NCBI RefSeq assembly: GCF_003463065.1
Contig: NZ_QSCM01000012.1
Coordinates: 3,954 to 67,953 of the forward strand
Direction: 5' to 3'
Length of the DNA: 64,000 nucleotides
Source: Blautia sp. OF03-15BH
GTDB lineage: Bacteria; Bacillota; Clostridia; Lachnospirales; Lachnospiraceae
The position numbers and the translations under genes were made by a program. The notes under the pieces were generated by a model. It was given only the letters and a program-made list of their open reading frames with translations, did no database searches and was not told the origin of the DNA. Positions within the stretch are counted from its first letter, which is position 1, and every line of letters starts with the position of its first letter. This document shows, piece by piece, positions 1-9,465 of the stretch.

Positions 1-36
1 CCCGAGAATCACGATATCCTTTTTTTCTTTCACTTT

Positions 37-948
37 TTAATCCTCCTCAAACGTAAGGTCTACAGATTTTCCGTCTTTTCCGGGCCAGGCGTTCGGAAAT
101 ATGTTCCGCACGCTGTCCATAAATTCTTCCGGTCTTGTCAGAGAGGGACTGTAATGTGTCAGCCAGAGCTCCTTCACCTGAGCTTCTTTTGCCAGACGTG
201 CCGCTTCTTTGAATGTCATATGTTTGTATTCAACGGCTTTCTGCTCCTTATCCGGCTCTCCATACATGCCTTCACAGATAAAAAGATCCGATCCGGCCGC
301 ATTTTCCGCAATGGATTTGGTCGGTCTGGTATCTGTCGTATAGGTAAGCTTCAGTCCTTTTCTGGATGGACCAAGCACCATGTCCGGAGTATACACTTTC
401 CCTTCAAACTCTATCGTCTGTCCTTTCTGAAGCGGATTCCACAATCTTAAAGGAATGCCCTGTTCTTTTGCTCTGACCGCATCAAACCGTCCGTTCCGGT
501 CGATCTCAAAGGTATAACCATAGCAAAGCACATTATGATTGACACGGAAAGCTTTCAGACGATAACCATCCATCTCAAAGGTTTCTTCCGGTCCGTGTAT
601 CTCTTTATAACGGATTTCAAAGGGCAGTTCCGGTGCAATGACTCTGAGCGCCGATACCACACGTTCCAGTCCTTTGGGTCCGATGAGAGTCAGCGGTTCC
701 TGACGGTCTGCATTTCCCATGGTCAGAAGAAGCCCCGGGAGACCGCTGATATGATCGCCGTGATAATGAGTAAAACAGATCACATCGATCGGTTTAAAAC
801 TCCAGCCTTTTTCCTTGATGGCGATCTGTGTGCCTTCACCACAATCGATGAGCACACTGCTGCCATTATATCTCATCATCAGGGCTGTCAGCCACCGATA
901 GGGAAGAGGCATCATTCCGCCGCTTCCCAATAAACATACATCAAGCAT
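37..948 (-). CDS. rnz: Ribonuclease Z (MBL-fold tRNA 3-prime processing endonuclease)
   Basis: 303 aa; HxHxDH motif (HYHGDHISG) and RNase Z-like N-terminus; ATG at 948 with GAGGAG RBS. Confidence 0.8.
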   Translation of the reverse strand: MLDVCLLGSGGMMPLPYRWLTALMMRYNGSSVLIDCGEGTQIAIKEKGWSFKPIDVICFTHYHGDHISGLPGLLLTMGNADRQEPLTLIGPKGLERVVSALRVIAPELPFEIRYKEIHGPEETFEMDGYRLKAFRVNHNVLCYGYTFEIDRNGRFDAVRAKEQGIPLRLWNPLQKGQTIEFEGKVYTPDMVLGPSRKGLKLTYTTDTRPTKSIAENAAGSDLFICEGMYGEPDKEQKAVEYKHMTFKEAARLAKEAQVKELWLTHYSPSLTRPEEFMDSVRNIFPNAWPGKDGKSVDLTFEED

Positions 949-1109
949 TTATACTCTCCTCATCTGCAGGCAGAATCTCTTATTTCCACCTGTTTTCCTC
1001 GTTTTTTCGTAATCACAGCCCGTTTCCTCTTTTTCCCGGACCGTCAGCATCCCCCGCCCCACCGCTTAGTACTCCGCTCACCTGAAGCAGGAGATTGCTT
1101 ATTCTGCGT

Positions 1110-1334
1110 TCAGATCAAAATTTTCTGTTCTTTTTTCTCCGGTGGGATCTGAAAATCCTGCACCAAAAGATCGTAACAGGACTCACAGAGATCAAAACTA
1201 TGGATCTCTCCGTCTTTTCCCGAAAAATATCCCCAGCTTTTTTCTACATGAAGCCCTTCCTCCACAGGGGTACCGTCTGTCCCTTTCAGTTGTCTCCCAC
1301 AACGGTTACAGTAAATCACATGTTCTTTTCTCAT
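1110..1334 (-). CDS. Small zinc-ribbon protein (CxxC x2), hypothetical
   Basis: ORF track 1110..1424; internal ATG at 1334 has a GGGAGG RBS 7 nt upstream (the ORF-track start is TTG-type); CNRCG...CESC motifs. Confidence 0.45.
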   Translation of the reverse strand: MRKEHVIYCNRCGRQLKGTDGTPVEEGLHVEKSWGYFSGKDGEIHSFDLCESCYDLLVQDFQIPPEKKEQKILI

Positions 1335-1371
1335 CGGTATCCTCCCTTTTGCATTCCGTTCTACTGCTCCA

Positions 1372-1854
1372 TTATAAACAGTCAGACCGGCTGCGTACAG
1401 TGGGAATTCCATCCAGTGCTTCATGACGCCACATGATCATTGCATCCTCTTTCGGACAATCATAAAAATTTTTGCGTACACCTGCAGAAGCAAAGCCCAG
1501 TCCTTCGTAAAGATGGATCGCACCTGCATTGCTTACCCGGACTTCCAGCGTAAAATGTGCAATACCGCGCATTTTTCCCTGCTCCAGAAGTTCCGTCAGC
1601 ATGGCACGGGCCACACCTTTTCCCCTCTCTGTTTCCATTACCGCCACATTGGTGATATCCGCCTCTTCAAAGGATTGATAAAGACCGCAATAGCCCAGGA
1701 TCTTCTCCTCTTCCGCTGCCACCAGATAAAGGCAGTCCTTCTGCATGAGGGCATCGCAAAACCCCTGCTCACTCCAGGGCTGCGAAAAAACAGAAGCCTC
1801 AATGGCTGCCACCTGTGGAAGATCTTTTTCTTCCATCTGTCGAAGGATCAGCAT
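1372..1854 (-). CDS. rimI: Ribosomal-protein-alanine N-acetyltransferase (GNAT)
   Basis: 160 aa GNAT fold; start ATG overlaps tsaB stop (ATGCTGA); conserved tsaE-tsaB-rimI order. Confidence 0.8.
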   Translation of the reverse strand: MLILRQMEEKDLPQVAAIEASVFSQPWSEQGFCDALMQKDCLYLVAAEEEKILGYCGLYQSFEEADITNVAVMETERGKGVARAMLTELLEQGKMRGIAHFTLEVRVSNAGAIHLYEGLGFASAGVRKNFYDCPKEDAMIMWRHEALDGIPTVRSRSDCL

Positions 1855-2558
1855 GAGCCGTTCTCCGCTGCCGCCCGTTCGCGTTCTGCCTGGGAAAGCC
1901 TGAGATAATCCGGCTGGTGATCTCTGGCATGTTCTGTTTTTCCTTCCCGGAAATAAATCTCTGCCAGAGCTGCCACTGCTGCCGCTCTTTGCTTATTCAA
2001 GTGTGCCGGGACGTAATGAAAGGGTACTTTCATTCTTTCATCGATAAGCTTCTGATAAACCGGGACACCATCTCCGAGGAAAAGGACCTCCTGTCCCATT
2101 TCATTCAGCATTTCTGTCAGTTCTTCCACAGAAACTGCCATCTGAGGTTTCAAAACCTTCAATGTCCTGTCATCAAAAGCATAAACACCCGTATAAACCT
2201 GGTTCCGTCTGGCATCCATGATCGGGCAGACCAGCTTGTCCGTACCATAAAGGTTATAAGCCAGTGCATCAACGGTCGGCACTGCGATGAGTGGTTTATC
2301 CAGAGCAAGTCCCAGACCTTTTGCCGTAGCGGAACCGATCCGAAGACCGGTAAAGGATCCCGGGCCTGCGGCCACAGCAATCGCATCTATGGCAGAAAGA
2401 TCCAGATCAATCATTTTCCCGATCTCATCCAGCATAGGGAGCAGGGTCTGAGAATGCGTTTTCTTGTAATTTACCGTATATTCTGCAAGCAGTTTTTCAT
2501 CTTCCACCACTGCTACAGAGGCCACAAGACCAGAACTGTCAAGAGCTAATATTTTCAT
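1848..2558 (-). CDS. tsaB: tRNA threonylcarbamoyladenosine biosynthesis protein TsaB
   Basis: 236 aa; MKILALDSSG N-terminus typical of the YeaZ/TsaB family. Confidence 0.85.
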   Translation of the reverse strand: MKILALDSSGLVASVAVVEDEKLLAEYTVNYKKTHSQTLLPMLDEIGKMIDLDLSAIDAIAVAAGPGSFTGLRIGSATAKGLGLALDKPLIAVPTVDALAYNLYGTDKLVCPIMDARRNQVYTGVYAFDDRTLKVLKPQMAVSVEELTEMLNEMGQEVLFLGDGVPVYQKLIDERMKVPFHYVPAHLNKQRAAAVAALAEIYFREGKTEHARDHQPDYLRLSQAERERAAAENGSC

Positions 2559-2636
2559 AAAAAGTTACCTCTAATCTTAAAAGTCAGATGAATTATACTA
2601 CATCGTGAAAAGTGATGCAAGCAAAGTCCCGTTCTC

Positions 2637-3065
2637 TCAGTCAAGACCGGTAAGTGTGATTTTTCTGTAATCAAATCCCTGTTCCAGGTCTTTTTCGATG
2701 GTCACTGCAATGACATGCTCCGGCAGGATCTCCTCAATCAGTTCTGCCCACTCAATGAGGCAGACGCCTTCTCCATAAAAGCAGTCTTCATAGCCGACCT
2801 CATCCATCTCTTCCACATCCCCGATGCGGTATACATCAAAATGATAAAAGGGCATGCGTCCTTCTTCGTAAATCTGTACGATCGTAAAAGTCGGGCTGTT
2901 TACCGGCTCTGTAATGCCAAGCCCTGCTGCAAAGCCCTGCGTGAAAACAGTCTTTCCTGTACCAAGATCGCCGTTCAATGTATAAATCTGCCCCGGTTTC
3001 GCCTCACGGCCCAGCTTTTCGCCAAACTGAAACGTTTCCTCAGGGCTTCTTGTCTCGATTACCAT
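2637..3065 (-). CDS. tsaE: tRNA threonylcarbamoyladenosine biosynthesis ATPase TsaE
   Basis: 142 aa; P-loop GDLGTGKT; AAAGGTGA RBS; TTGACA-N18-TATTCT promoter upstream. Confidence 0.85.
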   Translation of the reverse strand: MVIETRSPEETFQFGEKLGREAKPGQIYTLNGDLGTGKTVFTQGFAAGLGITEPVNSPTFTIVQIYEEGRMPFYHFDVYRIGDVEEMDEVGYEDCFYGEGVCLIEWAELIEEILPEHVIAVTIEKDLEQGFDYRKITLTGLD

Positions 3066-3138
3066 ATATTTTCACCTTTCTGCGGTTTTTTACTGATTGA
3101 TACGAGTAAAGAATACCCCATCTGAAGATTCTTTGTCA

Positions 3139-3178
3139 ACCGCGCCACAAAAAAAGTACCGTGAAAGACGGGCTTTCA
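3139..3178. terminator. Bidirectional intrinsic terminator (A6-hairpin-T5)
   Basis: AGTACCGTGAAAG-ACGGG-CTTTCACGGTACT 12-bp stem flanked by A-run and T-run between nudix and tsaE. Confidence 0.6.
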
Positions 3179-3188
3179 CGGTACTTTT

Positions 3189-3794
3189 TCATTTTTCCAG
3201 AAATGCAAAGGGATCGTCATCTGCCACAAAATGCATGAGCATATAGGCATCCATGATAGCCACCCGTTCCTCTTTGAGGATCCTTTTCGCTTCTTCCCGG
3301 TCAACAAGAAGAGCTTCGATGTCTTCTGTATCCTCCTCGCCTTCGCTGCTTAAAATTCCGCTGACATAACCAAAGACAGTGGAACAGCACTCATCTGTCA
3401 TTCCCACAGTGGTAAAATAAGGACGCTCATAACCATTTTCCAGCTGGAGCGGCTCCAGTGTCAGGCCGGTCTCCTCTTTTACCTCACGGACAGCTGCCTG
3501 ACGGAAATCCTCTCCGGGATCTACAAGCCCAGCCGGAAATTCATAAATGTATTCGTCCAGACTGTAGCGGTACTGACGGACCAAAAGAACCTTGTCTTTT
3601 TCTCTGGAAAGTCCGTAGATGATCACACCGTCAGGCTTTTCATTATGTGTGGAAAGCTTCAGATCCGCAACGGTCTTTGCACGGGAAGCCACATAATACT
3701 TTTTGTCATGGCCGACACGGTCTTTTGTCTCCAGCTCATAGAGATTCACATATGGATTTTCTGTTTTTCTTGTTACATTTTTAATTTCCGGCAT
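3189..3794 (-). CDS. NUDIX hydrolase (ADP-ribose pyrophosphatase-like)
   Basis: 201 aa; Nudix box GLVDPGEDFRQAAVREVKEETG; 20 nt downstream of ribU. Confidence 0.8.
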   Translation of the reverse strand: MPEIKNVTRKTENPYVNLYELETKDRVGHDKKYYVASRAKTVADLKLSTHNEKPDGVIIYGLSREKDKVLLVRQYRYSLDEYIYEFPAGLVDPGEDFRQAAVREVKEETGLTLEPLQLENGYERPYFTTVGMTDECCSTVFGYVSGILSSEGEEDTEDIEALLVDREEAKRILKEERVAIMDAYMLMHFVADDDPFAFLEK

Positions 3795-3814
3795 AGCTTC
3801 CGTTTCTCCTTTAT

Positions 3815-4441
3815 TTACGCCTGATGGATCAGAACCCGGCTCACATGTTTGTAAAGAAGGAAGGTCACGAGAGAGACGACCACACCTTTTACAAGGTTAA
3901 AAGGTACCACGGACAGAAGCACAAAGCTCTGAAGTCCGGTGATATTTTTATTGACAGCCGTTCCCATTCCGATAATGGCATCCATGCCTCCGAAAAGTGC
4001 TGCATAAGCAGGCAGAAGAACAAATGCATTCAAAAGTCCTCCAATGACTGCCATGGATACGGTTCCTGTTGCCATTCCGATGATCGCCTGTTTTCTGGTC
4101 TTGTGATAACGGTAGATCAGACCTGCCGGCAGTACCATGGAACAGCCGATGGCAAAGTTTGCCACTTCACCAACACCTGCTGTTATCGTACCGCTGATGA
4201 TGAAGTTCAGAAGGATCTTTAATGCTTCGATTGCAACTCCTGCTGCCGGTCCCATGGCAAAACAGCCGATGAGAATGGGCACCTCACTGAGATCGATCTT
4301 ATAAAAAGAAGGTGCAAAGGGAAGCGGGATATCGAAAAGCATCAGGATTACCGATATCGCGGAAAGCATGGCGATCTGAACCATCATCCTTGTTTTTGTG
4401 ATACTGTTTGCAGATGTTTTTGCTGCTGTGTTGGAACTCAT
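3815..4441 (-). CDS. ribU: ECF transporter S component, riboflavin (RibU-type)
   Basis: ORF-track 3815..4633 trimmed to ATG at 4441 (GGAG RBS); 209 aa polytopic membrane protein directly downstream of an FMN riboswitch. Confidence 0.7.
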   Translation of the reverse strand: MSSNTAAKTSANSITKTRMMVQIAMLSAISVILMLFDIPLPFAPSFYKIDLSEVPILIGCFAMGPAAGVAIEALKILLNFIISGTITAGVGEVANFAIGCSMVLPAGLIYRYHKTRKQAIIGMATGTVSMAVIGGLLNAFVLLPAYAALFGGMDAIIGMGTAVNKNITGLQSFVLLSVVPFNLVKGVVVSLVTFLLYKHVSRVLIHQA

Positions 4442-4514
4442 TTTTTGTCTCCTTTTCTCTTTCGGGCAAACCCGTATTTCAGAAAAGAGAGTCTCCGCTA
4501 TGACTGCATAACCG

Positions 4515-4700
4515 CTGAAAAAAAGAAACCGGGTATCGGAAAGATACCCGGGACTCATACACATACAGCAGCTTCTGCAGCATTCTTCTCTCATCCAGAC
4601 TATACTGTCGGTTTTGGAATTGCACCAAATCAACCGCTAATCGCGGGTCGCGGACTTTACCGCCGGTGAGGAATCACACCTCGCCCCGAAGAATCTTTTT
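4515..4700 (-). ncRNA. FMN riboswitch (RFN element) with transcription terminator expression platform
   Basis: Minus-strand sequence reads CTTCGGGGCGAGGTGTGATTCCTCACCGGCGGTAAAGTCCGCGACCCG...GGTGCAATTCCAAAACCGACAGTATAGTCTGGATGAGAGAAG, matching the FMN aptamer consensus; followed by CCGGGTATC-TTTCC-GATACCCGG hairpin + U-run (4515-4553); TTGCAA-N17-TATAAT promoter at about 4702-4730. Confidence 0.85.
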
Positions 4701-4730
4701 TCTGTTCGCGCTTATTATATACCTGTTTTT

Positions 4731-7004
4731 TTAAGATTGCAAGACTCTTTCCAGGACATCTGTAACTTTTCCCACCGGAAGGATCGTAAGTTTTTCTTTG
4801 ACTTCTTTTGCCACCTCTTCCAGATCTTCTTCGTTTTCCTCAGGGATGAAGACTGTCTTTACTCCGGCGCGCTCCGCTGCCATCAGTTTTTCCGGAAGAC
4901 CTCCGATGGGCATGATACGGCCTGTCAGTGAGACTTCTCCAGTCATGGCAAACTCCGGACTTACCGGCTTTCCTGTCAGAAGAGAAACCAGAGCCGTAGT
5001 CAGGGTGATACCGGCAGAGGGACCGTCTTTTGGAACGGCACCGGCAGGAACATGAATGTGAAGATCGTGATCTTCGAGCAGGGCCGCCTCTTTCGGATAC
5101 ATGTGTTTGACCAGACTTAAGGCAATCCGGGCAGATTCCTTCATCACATCCCCCAGCTGACCGGTAAGAATGAGATTGCCTTTTCCCGGAGACAGAGAGG
5201 TTTCGATGAAAAGGATCTCACCTCCTGCTGCTGTCCAGGCCAGACCTGTCACAACACCCGGCTCCTTATTTGCAAGTACATGCTCATGCCGGATCTCGTG
5301 ACGCCCCAGGAAAGCCGGCAGCCGTTTTTCACTGACGGTAATGCTCTTCTGTTCTCCCTTTACCAGTTTTACTGCCGCACTCCGGCAAAGAACATCCAGC
5401 TGCTTTTTCAGTCCGCGTACTCCTGCTTCCGCCGTGTAACCGCTGATCAGCCGCTTGATGGCACCGTCTGTAACTTTGAGATTCTGCGTTTTGATCCCGG
5501 CTTTTTTCATGGCCTTCGGAAGAAGATGTCTTCTGGCGATCTGAAATTTCTCCACTGCCGTATAGCCAGGAAACTGGATCACTTCCATACGGTTCAAAAG
5601 CGGTTCCGGAATCGTATCTGCCGAGTTCGCTGTGCAGACAAAGAACACGTTTGAAAGGTCATAGGGCACATTCATATAGTGATCTGCGAAGGTATTGTTC
5701 TGTTCCGGATCCAGCACTTCCAGAAGGGCACTGGCCGGATCTCCGGAATAATCTTTGGAAAGCTTATCCACTTCATCCAGGACCATCACCGGATTCATGA
5801 CTCCGGCCCTCTGCATGCCCTGCATGATCCGGCCCGGCATCGCTCCCACATAGGTTCTTCTGTGACCACGGATCTCAGCCTCATCACGAACACCGCCCAG
5901 GCTGATCCGGACACATTTTCTCCCAAGAGCTCTGGCAATGCTCTGGCCGATGCTGGTTTTACCCGTACCGGGAGCTCCCACAAAAAGCAGGACGGAACCG
6001 GACTGCTTCTTATTCAACGCCATGACTGCAAGCTGCTGGATGATCCTTTCTTTCACCTTACGAAGCCCGTAGTGATCCTCATCCAGTATTTTTTCTGCCT
6101 CGTTCAGATCGATCTTGGCAGCAGGTTCCTGCTTCCAGGAAAGGGAAGTCATAAAGTCCAGATACTCATAATGGATCCCATACTCATGGCCCTCCTGTCC
6201 CTCCTGTTTCATTCGGTTCAGGATCTTTTCCGCTTCTTTTCTGGCTTCTCCGCTCATACCGGAAGCTTCGATCTTCTGTTCAAAGCGACGCACATCGGAA
6301 ATATTTTCCGGATGCATATCATCAAGCTCCTGCTGCAGAAGTTCGATCTGTTTTTTCAGAGCGGCCTCCCGATAAAGACGGTCATGGTCCTCTTTCTGGG
6401 CATTTTCCGCCTCCATGCCTACCCGGTTCACCTCAATTGCCTCCCGGATGGCTTTTTCGATGAGCTCGCAGCGTTCTTTTCTGGAATCCGTCTCCAGGAT
6501 ATGGTATTTATCCTCCCAGGGAATGTGGACATAACCGGAAACTGCACAAAGCATCTCTTCCAGATTTTTCCAGTGAAGAATGTAATTCTGAGCCAGCACG
6601 CCCCACTGGAACTGGCTGATATAATTTAAAAGGACATTTTTTACCCGTTCAAAAATTTCTTTTTCTTCCTCGGCGCTGATATCTTCCGTTTCCGGCCGGA
6701 TACTTGCATTGGCCAGGACTCCATCCTCTGTCATTTCCAGATCGGAAACATCCACTCTTGCCAATGTCCGTATCCTGATATTTCCCTCACTGTCTTGAGA
6801 ATCCAGTTTTCCAGAAATACCAATGGGATAAAAATCCTCTGCTGTCAGGTCTTTTCTGTCTTTATCCGATCTTTGCATCAGGAAAAGGACATCATCTCCG
6901 GTTTTGGCATCCTGACTGCCCATCTGCTGAAAAATATCATTTTTAAAATAGAACGTTACACCCGGAAGCAGCATCATATCATAGACCGGCATTGTAAACA
7001 TCAT
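4731..7004 (-). CDS. lon: ATP-dependent Lon protease (endopeptidase La)
   Basis: 757 aa; Walker A GAPGTGKTS; catalytic Ser motif DGPSAGIT; AAAGGAGGAG RBS. Confidence 0.95.
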   Translation of the reverse strand: MMFTMPVYDMMLLPGVTFYFKNDIFQQMGSQDAKTGDDVLFLMQRSDKDRKDLTAEDFYPIGISGKLDSQDSEGNIRIRTLARVDVSDLEMTEDGVLANASIRPETEDISAEEEKEIFERVKNVLLNYISQFQWGVLAQNYILHWKNLEEMLCAVSGYVHIPWEDKYHILETDSRKERCELIEKAIREAIEVNRVGMEAENAQKEDHDRLYREAALKKQIELLQQELDDMHPENISDVRRFEQKIEASGMSGEARKEAEKILNRMKQEGQEGHEYGIHYEYLDFMTSLSWKQEPAAKIDLNEAEKILDEDHYGLRKVKERIIQQLAVMALNKKQSGSVLLFVGAPGTGKTSIGQSIARALGRKCVRISLGGVRDEAEIRGHRRTYVGAMPGRIMQGMQRAGVMNPVMVLDEVDKLSKDYSGDPASALLEVLDPEQNNTFADHYMNVPYDLSNVFFVCTANSADTIPEPLLNRMEVIQFPGYTAVEKFQIARRHLLPKAMKKAGIKTQNLKVTDGAIKRLISGYTAEAGVRGLKKQLDVLCRSAAVKLVKGEQKSITVSEKRLPAFLGRHEIRHEHVLANKEPGVVTGLAWTAAGGEILFIETSLSPGKGNLILTGQLGDVMKESARIALSLVKHMYPKEAALLEDHDLHIHVPAGAVPKDGPSAGITLTTALVSLLTGKPVSPEFAMTGEVSLTGRIMPIGGLPEKLMAAERAGVKTVFIPEENEEDLEEVAKEVKEKLTILPVGKVTDVLERVLQS

Positions 7005-7023
7005 CTGTCACTCCTCCTTTTTG

Positions 7024-7050
7024 TTAGCACTCGTTTAAGTTGAGTGCTGA
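7024..7050. promoter_or_regulatory. CIRCE operator (HrcA binding site) upstream of lon
   Basis: TTAGCACTC-GTTTAAGTT-GAGTGCTGA = consensus TTAGCACTC-N9-GAGTGCTAA with one mismatch, 19 nt upstream of the lon start codon. Confidence 0.75.
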
Positions 7051-7094
7051 TATTTATTTGTTGTATTGTATACCTCTTTGACGAAAAATGCAAG

Positions 7095-7140
7095 CAAAAA
7101 AAGACAGGCTGGATTTTCTATCTCCAGTCTGTCTTTCTGT
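7095..7140. terminator. Intrinsic terminator downstream of the C-S lyase gene
   Basis: AGACAGGCTGGA...TCCAGTCTGTCT hairpin flanked by A7 and T-rich tracts. Confidence 0.6.
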
Positions 7141-7149
7141 TCGTTTTCT

Positions 7150-8355
7150 TTATGCGTTGATCACGTATTTATTCAGGCGGTCAAAAGCTTCTTTCACTCT
7201 GGAAAGAGGAAGTGCCAGATTGATACGGATGCAATATTCGCCATGGAAGGGTCTGCCATCCTGCCATGCTACACCAACATCCCAGCCGGCCTTGATCAGC
7301 TGATCCATGCTTTTTCCAGTCTTTTGGCACCAGCCTTCAAAATCCACGAAAAGCATGTAGGTTCCCTGGGGACGGCTCACACGGACGCCCTCAAAGTGTT
7401 CTCTGATATAATTGCAGGCGAACTCCATGTTTCCGTCAATGACCTGACAAAGTTCGTCCACCCACTCATAGCCTTCCGGCCGGTAAGCACCGATAAGGGC
7501 ATGCATGGAAAGAACGTTCATGGAATTATACTCTGTTTTCTCAGCCTTGGAGATCAGGCGGTCCCGGAGATATTTATTATAAACGATATGATAACTTCCC
7601 ACCAGTCCGGCCAGATTGAATGTCTTGGTCGGCGCATAAAAAGCAATCGTACGGTTGCTGGCATCCTCGCTGACGCTCTGAGTCGGCGTATGATGGTTTC
7701 CGGGAAGGATCAGGTCAGACCAGATCTCATCGGAAATCACCACGCAGTCATTCGCTCTGTAGACTTCCATGGCTTTCTCGATCTCCCATTTTTCCCAGAC
7801 ACGGCCGCAGGGATTGTGGGGGCTGCAGAAAACTGCCACATGGATCTTATTTGCCTTCAGTTTTGCATCCATATCCTCATAATCCATACGCCATACGCCG
7901 TTTTCGTCTTTTTTCAACGGGCTGTGTACGATATGGAAACCGCTGTCAGTGATGCAGCGTGTAAAACCAACATAAGTAGGACTGTGAAGCAGCACACTGT
8001 CTCCCGGAACTGCAAAAGCACCAAGCGCGGAAATCACTCCGCCGAGGACGCCGTTCTCATAACCGATATGCTCTCTGCTCAGACCATCAACACCATTCCG
8101 GATCTTCTGCCAGCGGATAATAGAATCAAAATATTCCTCTGATGCCGGAAAATAACCGAACAGCGGATGCTGGATCCTCTTGATCATTTCTTCCTGTACG
8201 GTAGGAACGGTAGCAAAATTCATATCGGCCACCCACATGGGAATGGCATCAAATCCCTCCTTCGGAAGATCCGGTGCATGACCGTCTCCCATCGCATCGA
8301 CTGCCAGGGCATCCATTCCGTGGCGGTCATAGATTGTCGTAAAATCATACTTCAT
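7150..8355 (-). CDS. PLP-dependent C-S lyase / aminotransferase (MalY/PatB family, cystathionine beta-lyase-like)
   Basis: ORF-track trimmed to MKYDFTTIYDRHG start (GGAGAAGGAG RBS); class I/II aminotransferase fold. Confidence 0.75.
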   Translation of the reverse strand: MKYDFTTIYDRHGMDALAVDAMGDGHAPDLPKEGFDAIPMWVADMNFATVPTVQEEMIKRIQHPLFGYFPASEEYFDSIIRWQKIRNGVDGLSREHIGYENGVLGGVISALGAFAVPGDSVLLHSPTYVGFTRCITDSGFHIVHSPLKKDENGVWRMDYEDMDAKLKANKIHVAVFCSPHNPCGRVWEKWEIEKAMEVYRANDCVVISDEIWSDLILPGNHHTPTQSVSEDASNRTIAFYAPTKTFNLAGLVGSYHIVYNKYLRDRLISKAEKTEYNSMNVLSMHALIGAYRPEGYEWVDELCQVIDGNMEFACNYIREHFEGVRVSRPQGTYMLFVDFEGWCQKTGKSMDQLIKAGWDVGVAWQDGRPFHGEYCIRINLALPLSRVKEAFDRLNKYVINA

Positions 8356-8384
8356 TTTCGTTTGTACTCCTTCTCCCAAAATAG

Positions 8385-9341
8385 TTATTGCCATTTCTCA
8401 GTATAAGCTTTTTTTCTGTTTCTGTAAAGCGGACGTTTTTCTCGTTTTCTGTGTTTGTCAGAAAGACATTTATCCAGACACTGCTGTTCCTCCCCCAACC
8501 GGACAGAGCCTGGAAAGATCACCGGAGGAACGATGCCGTCGCGTGCCGCATCCACCAGAAAACGATAAACCTGTAAGCGGTTTTTCTCATATTCCTCCTC
8601 TTCCAGCACATGTTTGTAAAAACTGTTGTAATACTCAAAGACCATACGTTTCATCTGGATCGTTTTGGAAAGACTCATTCCCTGACTGGCCAGAGAACCT
8701 TTGGTCTTCACATAATAATAGACCGGAGAACGGAGCACATAAAACCGCTCCGCCTGACGGATATATTCCAGATTAAACATAAAATCCTCACACCAGCTGA
8801 TTCCGGTATCCATATAAAGGTGATATTTTTCTACCAGTTCCCGGCGGAAAAGCTTGTTCCAGAGAACACCGTAATAAAAATCGGCCGGTTTTTCCATCAT
8901 AAACCCGGCAAATTCTTCGCGGTTCAGTTCCCTCTCTTCCTCAATGTCGCCTTTTCGGGAAACTTTTTTTCCGGAAACCCGATAAAAGTCGGCAATCACC
9001 AGATCGCTTTCATGCTCCATGGCAGCCTTCGTCATAAGCCCTGTGGCATCCACAGTAAGCCAGTCGTCACAGTCCACAAACTGGAGATACGTTCCTTTTG
9101 CATGGCGCATAGCCCGGTTTCTGGTATCGGAAACACCGGAATTTTCTTTATGGATCACCAGAACCCGTGGATCTGATGCCGCATATTCATCACAGATAGC
9201 GGCGGAACCGTCTGTACTTCCGTCATCTGCCAGGATCAGTTCAAAATCTTTATAATCCTGTTTCAAAATGCTGTCCACACAGCGTTTCAGAAAAAGTTCC
9301 CCGTTATACACAGGGACGATGATACTGACTGTCGGATTCAT
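8385..9341 (-). CDS. Glycosyltransferase family 2
   Basis: 318 aa; SIIVPVYNGE...LADDGSTDGS GT-A signature; basic C-terminal tail; stop 29 nt before the lyase start. Confidence 0.8.
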   Translation of the reverse strand: MNPTVSIIVPVYNGELFLKRCVDSILKQDYKDFELILADDGSTDGSAAICDEYAASDPRVLVIHKENSGVSDTRNRAMRHAKGTYLQFVDCDDWLTVDATGLMTKAAMEHESDLVIADFYRVSGKKVSRKGDIEEERELNREEFAGFMMEKPADFYYGVLWNKLFRRELVEKYHLYMDTGISWCEDFMFNLEYIRQAERFYVLRSPVYYYVKTKGSLASQGMSLSKTIQMKRMVFEYYNSFYKHVLEEEEYEKNRLQVYRFLVDAARDGIVPPVIFPGSVRLGEEQQCLDKCLSDKHRKREKRPLYRNRKKAYTEKWQ

Positions 9342-9425
9342 CTGATGCTTTTCCTCCTGTCTTTTTCTGCTTTTCCTTCAGTATAATCCGTTTGCAGGCG
9401 GCTTACAATGTTTTTAGGGAAATTT

Positions 9426-9452
9426 AAGGAAAGCGGCGGGCTTTTGGCCCGC
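9426..9452. terminator. Hairpin terminator (GGCGGGC-TTTTG-GCCCGCC)
   Basis: GC stem with T-rich flank downstream of the 9466..9834 gene; overlaps a spurious 93-aa ORF. Confidence 0.5.
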
Positions 9453-9465
9453 CGAAAACTTTTTC

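Noticed and set aside
1110-1424. Full 104-aa ORF-track version of the zinc-ribbon gene starting at 1424
   Set aside because: ORF-track start is a TTG overlapping rimI; an internal ATG at 1334 has a proper GGGAGG RBS, so the shorter 74-aa product is preferred.
5679-6629. 316-aa ORF antisense to lon (similar long antisense ORFs inside secA, tex, GH20)
   Set aside because: Typical antisense ORFs within moderately GC-rich, highly conserved coding sequences; no independent support.
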